Shown piece by piece: positions 36,915 to 39,374 of a stretch of 39,374 nt of DNA (within the stretch, counting starts at the first letter, position 1; each line of letters opens with the position of its first letter). The stretch covers positions 1 to 39,374 of the forward strand of contig CAMMXR010000001.1 of assembly GCA_946500965.1 (NCBI GenBank). Reading direction: 5' to 3'. Both the position numbers and the translations under genes were made by a program. Below the pieces are notes generated by a model. It saw only the letters and a list, made by a program, of their open reading frames with translations, had not been told where the DNA came from and did not search any database. The DNA is from an uncultured Candidatus Saccharibacteria bacterium (GTDB taxonomy: Bacteria; Patescibacteriota; Saccharimonadia; Saccharimonadales; Saccharimonadaceae).

Positions 36915-36946
36915 CTAAGAGCAACGCCATCGGGCGTTGCTCTTAG
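36915..36946. other. Perfect 14-bp hairpin/cruciform
   Basis: CTAAGAGCAACGCC-ATCG-GGCGTTGCTCTTAG, no U tract. Confidence 0.8.
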
Positions 36947-37187
36947 CCGCGGCCAATATTGAGACGTCTCACCCTTCTGTTTCCATTTGTTCCCGCAGTT
37001 TCTGGAGAGCCCAGCTTTCCGGCCGTTCCTCTACATTATCGCAGACGCTGCACCTTCCGTGACAACGCACACCCCGGGCGTCCCCAACCCTGCCCCGACA
37101 AGCTTCCAACCCCTTCTCCTTATTCCCAAGTCATGCTAAAATAATAAACATTAACACTCGCGCTCGCGTGAGCCAAAGGAGGTAAAA

Positions 37188-38546
37188 ATGCCAGCAAATT
37201 CAACCACATCCAAACCCGTCGTGAACCCCAGTTCTACCGACCCCGTCTTTGATCTCATTCATCAAGAAGAAATCCGCCAAAGCGACGGCCTTGAACTCAT
37301 CCCCAGCGAGAACTATGTCTCCGCCGACGTCCTAAAAGCCATGGGCTCCGTCCTCACCAACAAATACAGCGAGGGCTACCCCGGTAAGCGCTACTACGGC
37401 GGCAACGAAAACGTGGACCAAATTGAAACCTTCGCCATTGAGCGCGCCAAGCAGCTCTTCCATGCCGACCACGCCAACGTCCAGCCCCATTCCGGCGCCA
37501 ACGCCAATGAAGCTGTTTACTTCGCCTGGTGCCAGCCGGGCGACACCATCCTCGCCATGTCCCTCCCTGCCGGCGGCCATCTCACCCACGGCTCCCCCGT
37601 CACCCGCAGCGCCAAGATCTACCACTTCGTCGGCTACGGCGTTACCCCCGAAGGCGACATTGACTACGACGAACTTGAGCGTCTCGCCCGCGAACATCAG
37701 CCCAAAATCATCCTGGTCGGCTACTCCGCCTTTATGAAAATCCCTGATTTCGCCCGCGTCGCCAAAATCGCCGCCGCCATCCCCGATTGTATGCTGATGG
37801 CTGATATGGCCCACGTCGCTGGCCTGATCGCAGGCGGCGTCCACCCCAATCCGCTGGATTTTGGTTTCCATGTTATGACCACCACCACCCATAAAACTCT
37901 CCGTGGTCCCCGCGGCGGTCTCATTGTTTCCCGCGGCAAGGTCAGCAACCCGCTCCATAAAGTCCCCCACACCCTAGAGAAGCTCCCCACCCTGATTGAC
38001 CGCGCCGTTTTTCCTGGCACCCAGGGTGGCCCGCTTGACCACGTCATCGCTGCCAAGGCTGTGGCCTTCGGCGAAGATCTCCAGCCCGCCTTCCAGACCT
38101 ACGCCCAACAAATCGTCGCCAACGCCAAAGCCCTTGCCGCCGAACTCCAAAACCTCGGCTTCACCCTCCAAGGTGGCGGCACCGACAACCACCTCATCCT
38201 GGTCAACGTCAAAGACAGTTTTGGCATTGATGGCAAGACCTACGAAACCGCGCTTGACAAAGTTGGACTCACCCTGAACGCCAACGCCCTCCCCACCGAT
38301 AAAGGCGGCGCCTTCCGCCCCTCCGGCGTACGGCTCGGCACTCCCGCCATGACCACCCGCGGTCTCGGTCTCCCCGAGATGAAAATCATCGCCGGCTGGA
38401 TGAAGCGGGTCCTGGATCTCTGCGTCAAGGCTGGCAGCGAAGACCAGCTGGACCAATACGCCGCCGAGCTTGAGACCATCCGCGCCGAAGTCCGCACCCT
38501 CGCCCGCCAATTTCCCATCCCCGGCATCCCCCAACCCACCGAATAA
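37188..38546 (+). CDS. glyA: Serine hydroxymethyltransferase
   Basis: LIPSENY, NKYSEGYPGKRYYGG, GGHLTHG, TTTTHKTLRGPRGG, SGVRLGTPA. Confidence 0.98.
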   Translation: MPANSTTSKPVVNPSSTDPVFDLIHQEEIRQSDGLELIPSENYVSADVLKAMGSVLTNKYSEGYPGKRYYGGNENVDQIETFAIERAKQLFHADHANVQPHSGANANEAVYFAWCQPGDTILAMSLPAGGHLTHGSPVTRSAKIYHFVGYGVTPEGDIDYDELERLAREHQPKIILVGYSAFMKIPDFARVAKIAAAIPDCMLMADMAHVAGLIAGGVHPNPLDFGFHVMTTTTHKTLRGPRGGLIVSRGKVSNPLHKVPHTLEKLPTLIDRAVFPGTQGGPLDHVIAAKAVAFGEDLQPAFQTYAQQIVANAKALAAELQNLGFTLQGGGTDNHLILVNVKDSFGIDGKTYETALDKVGLTLNANALPTDKGGAFRPSGVRLGTPAMTTRGLGLPEMKIIAGWMKRVLDLCVKAGSEDQLDQYAAELETIRAEVRTLARQFPIPGIPQPTE

Positions 38547-38590
38547 CATCAATTCGTGCTATAATAACATCATAAACAAGGAGTTTTTCT

Positions 38591-39121
38591 ATGGCAGATT
38601 TTAACAAAATCCTCAACCCTGGCGATTACGAAAACGGCGAAATCAACGTCGTCGTAGAGATCCCCACCGGTTCCAACCACAAAATTGAGTGGGATCGCAA
38701 AAACGCCTGCTTTATGCTGGACCGCGTTGAGCCCATCGCCTTCGCCAAGCCCTGCAACTACGGCTTTATCCCCCAGACGCTGGATGAGGACGGCGACGAA
38801 CTGGATGTTCTGCTAATTACCGACCAGCCCCTCACCACCGGCATCTACACCACTGCCCACATCCTCGGCGTGATGAAGTTTGTGGACAGCGACGAAGTTG
38901 ACGACAAAATCATCGCCGTCCCCGCCGACGACCGCAACAACGGCGACCGCTACAAGACCCTGGCCGACCTCCCTGAACAGCTGTTAAAGCAAATTGAGTT
39001 CCATTTCAATCACTACAAGGACCTCAAGAAACCCGGCTCCACCGAGGTCAAAGAGTTCGCCGACGCTGACGAGGCCAAGCGCGTCATCGCCGCCGCCATC
39101 AAGCGCTGGAACGACCAATAG
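38591..39121 (+). CDS. ppa: Family I inorganic pyrophosphatase
   Basis: EIP.GS..K.E, NYGFIPQTL..DGDELDVL, DDKIIAV, F.HYKDL. Confidence 0.97.
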   Translation: MADFNKILNPGDYENGEINVVVEIPTGSNHKIEWDRKNACFMLDRVEPIAFAKPCNYGFIPQTLDEDGDELDVLLITDQPLTTGIYTTAHILGVMKFVDSDEVDDKIIAVPADDRNNGDRYKTLADLPEQLLKQIEFHFNHYKDLKKPGSTEVKEFADADEAKRVIAAAIKRWNDQ

Positions 39122-39136
39122 GCCGGCAACCAACCT

Positions 39137-39170
39137 ACGCAAACGCCGCCGGAAGAGGCGGTTTTTGCGT
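39137..39170 (+). terminator. Terminator after ppa
   Basis: GCCGCC...GGCGGT followed by TTTT, extendable by ACGCAAA/TTTGCGT. Confidence 0.7.
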
Positions 39171-39173
39171 GGC

Positions 39174-39231
39174 ACGCTAGATCTAGCGTATTTTCGCCCC
39201 AAAACTCCCCGGAAAACGCTACATCTAGCGT
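39174..39231. promoter_or_regulatory. Tandem 16-bp palindromes (NrdR-box-like)
   Basis: ACGCTAGATCTAGCGT (39174) and ACGCTACATCTAGCGT (39216), 42 bp apart. Confidence 0.5.
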
Positions 39232-39295
39232 ATCGGGCCTTTCGCCCGCCAGCCCTTGGCAACCCCGCCCATCCGTGCTATAATACCCAAAAGAC

Positions 39296-39371
39296 GCCGC
39301 GATAGCTCAGTTGGTAGAGCGCATCCATGGTAAGGATGAGGTCACCGGTTCAAACCCGGTTCGCGGCTCCA
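39296..39371 (+). tRNA. tRNA-Thr(GGU)
   Basis: GCCGCGA/TCGCGGC acceptor, CATCC-ATGGTAA-GGATG, ACCGG-TTCAAAC-CCGGT, TCCA. Confidence 0.97.
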
Positions 39372-39374
39372 TTT

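Noticed and set aside
36950-37187. Possible ZTP, glycine or THF riboswitch upstream of glyA
   Set aside because: No recognisable consensus; a TGCTAAAAT promoter at about 37134 leaves only a short leader
1-39374. CRISPR array, rRNA, reverse transcriptase, DGR template repeat, intact integrase or transposase
   Set aside because: None seen: no regularly spaced repeats, no YxDD-type RT ORF, no AAC-rich copy of the FISUMP 3' end

Overview
Chromosomal window of a reduced-genome bacterium, most consistent with Saccharibacteria (CPR/Patescibacteria): no rpmD, Zn-free ribosomal proteins, an rnhB-yraN fusion, a class F sortase and a FISUMP-domain protein. The core is the S10-spc-alpha ribosomal protein superoperon (rplC to rpsI, 17.8-32.8 kb), which lacks rpsJ, rpmC, rpmD, adk and map at their usual positions. 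It is flanked by ruvA, rplS, rnhB, ychF, rpmG, recR, glyA, ppa and five tRNAs. Leading observations: (1) a 3.8-kb AT-richer element in tRNA-Trp, bounded by an 8-bp core that lies in-frame inside a recombinase-tail ORF, so integration or excision would swap that protein's C-terminus; (2) a FISUMP surface-protein gene whose 3' end looks like a diversity-generating-retroelement variable region with no RT or template in the window, preceded by a leader of interleaved helices; (3) a tRNA-Thr(UGU) with perfect stems but a non-canonical elbow; (4) a secreted SGNH + lysozyme-like + CHAP-like protein; (5) a dispersed TGTAA-N3-TTACA palindrome family. All calls come from reading the sequence and recalled motifs; no searches were run.
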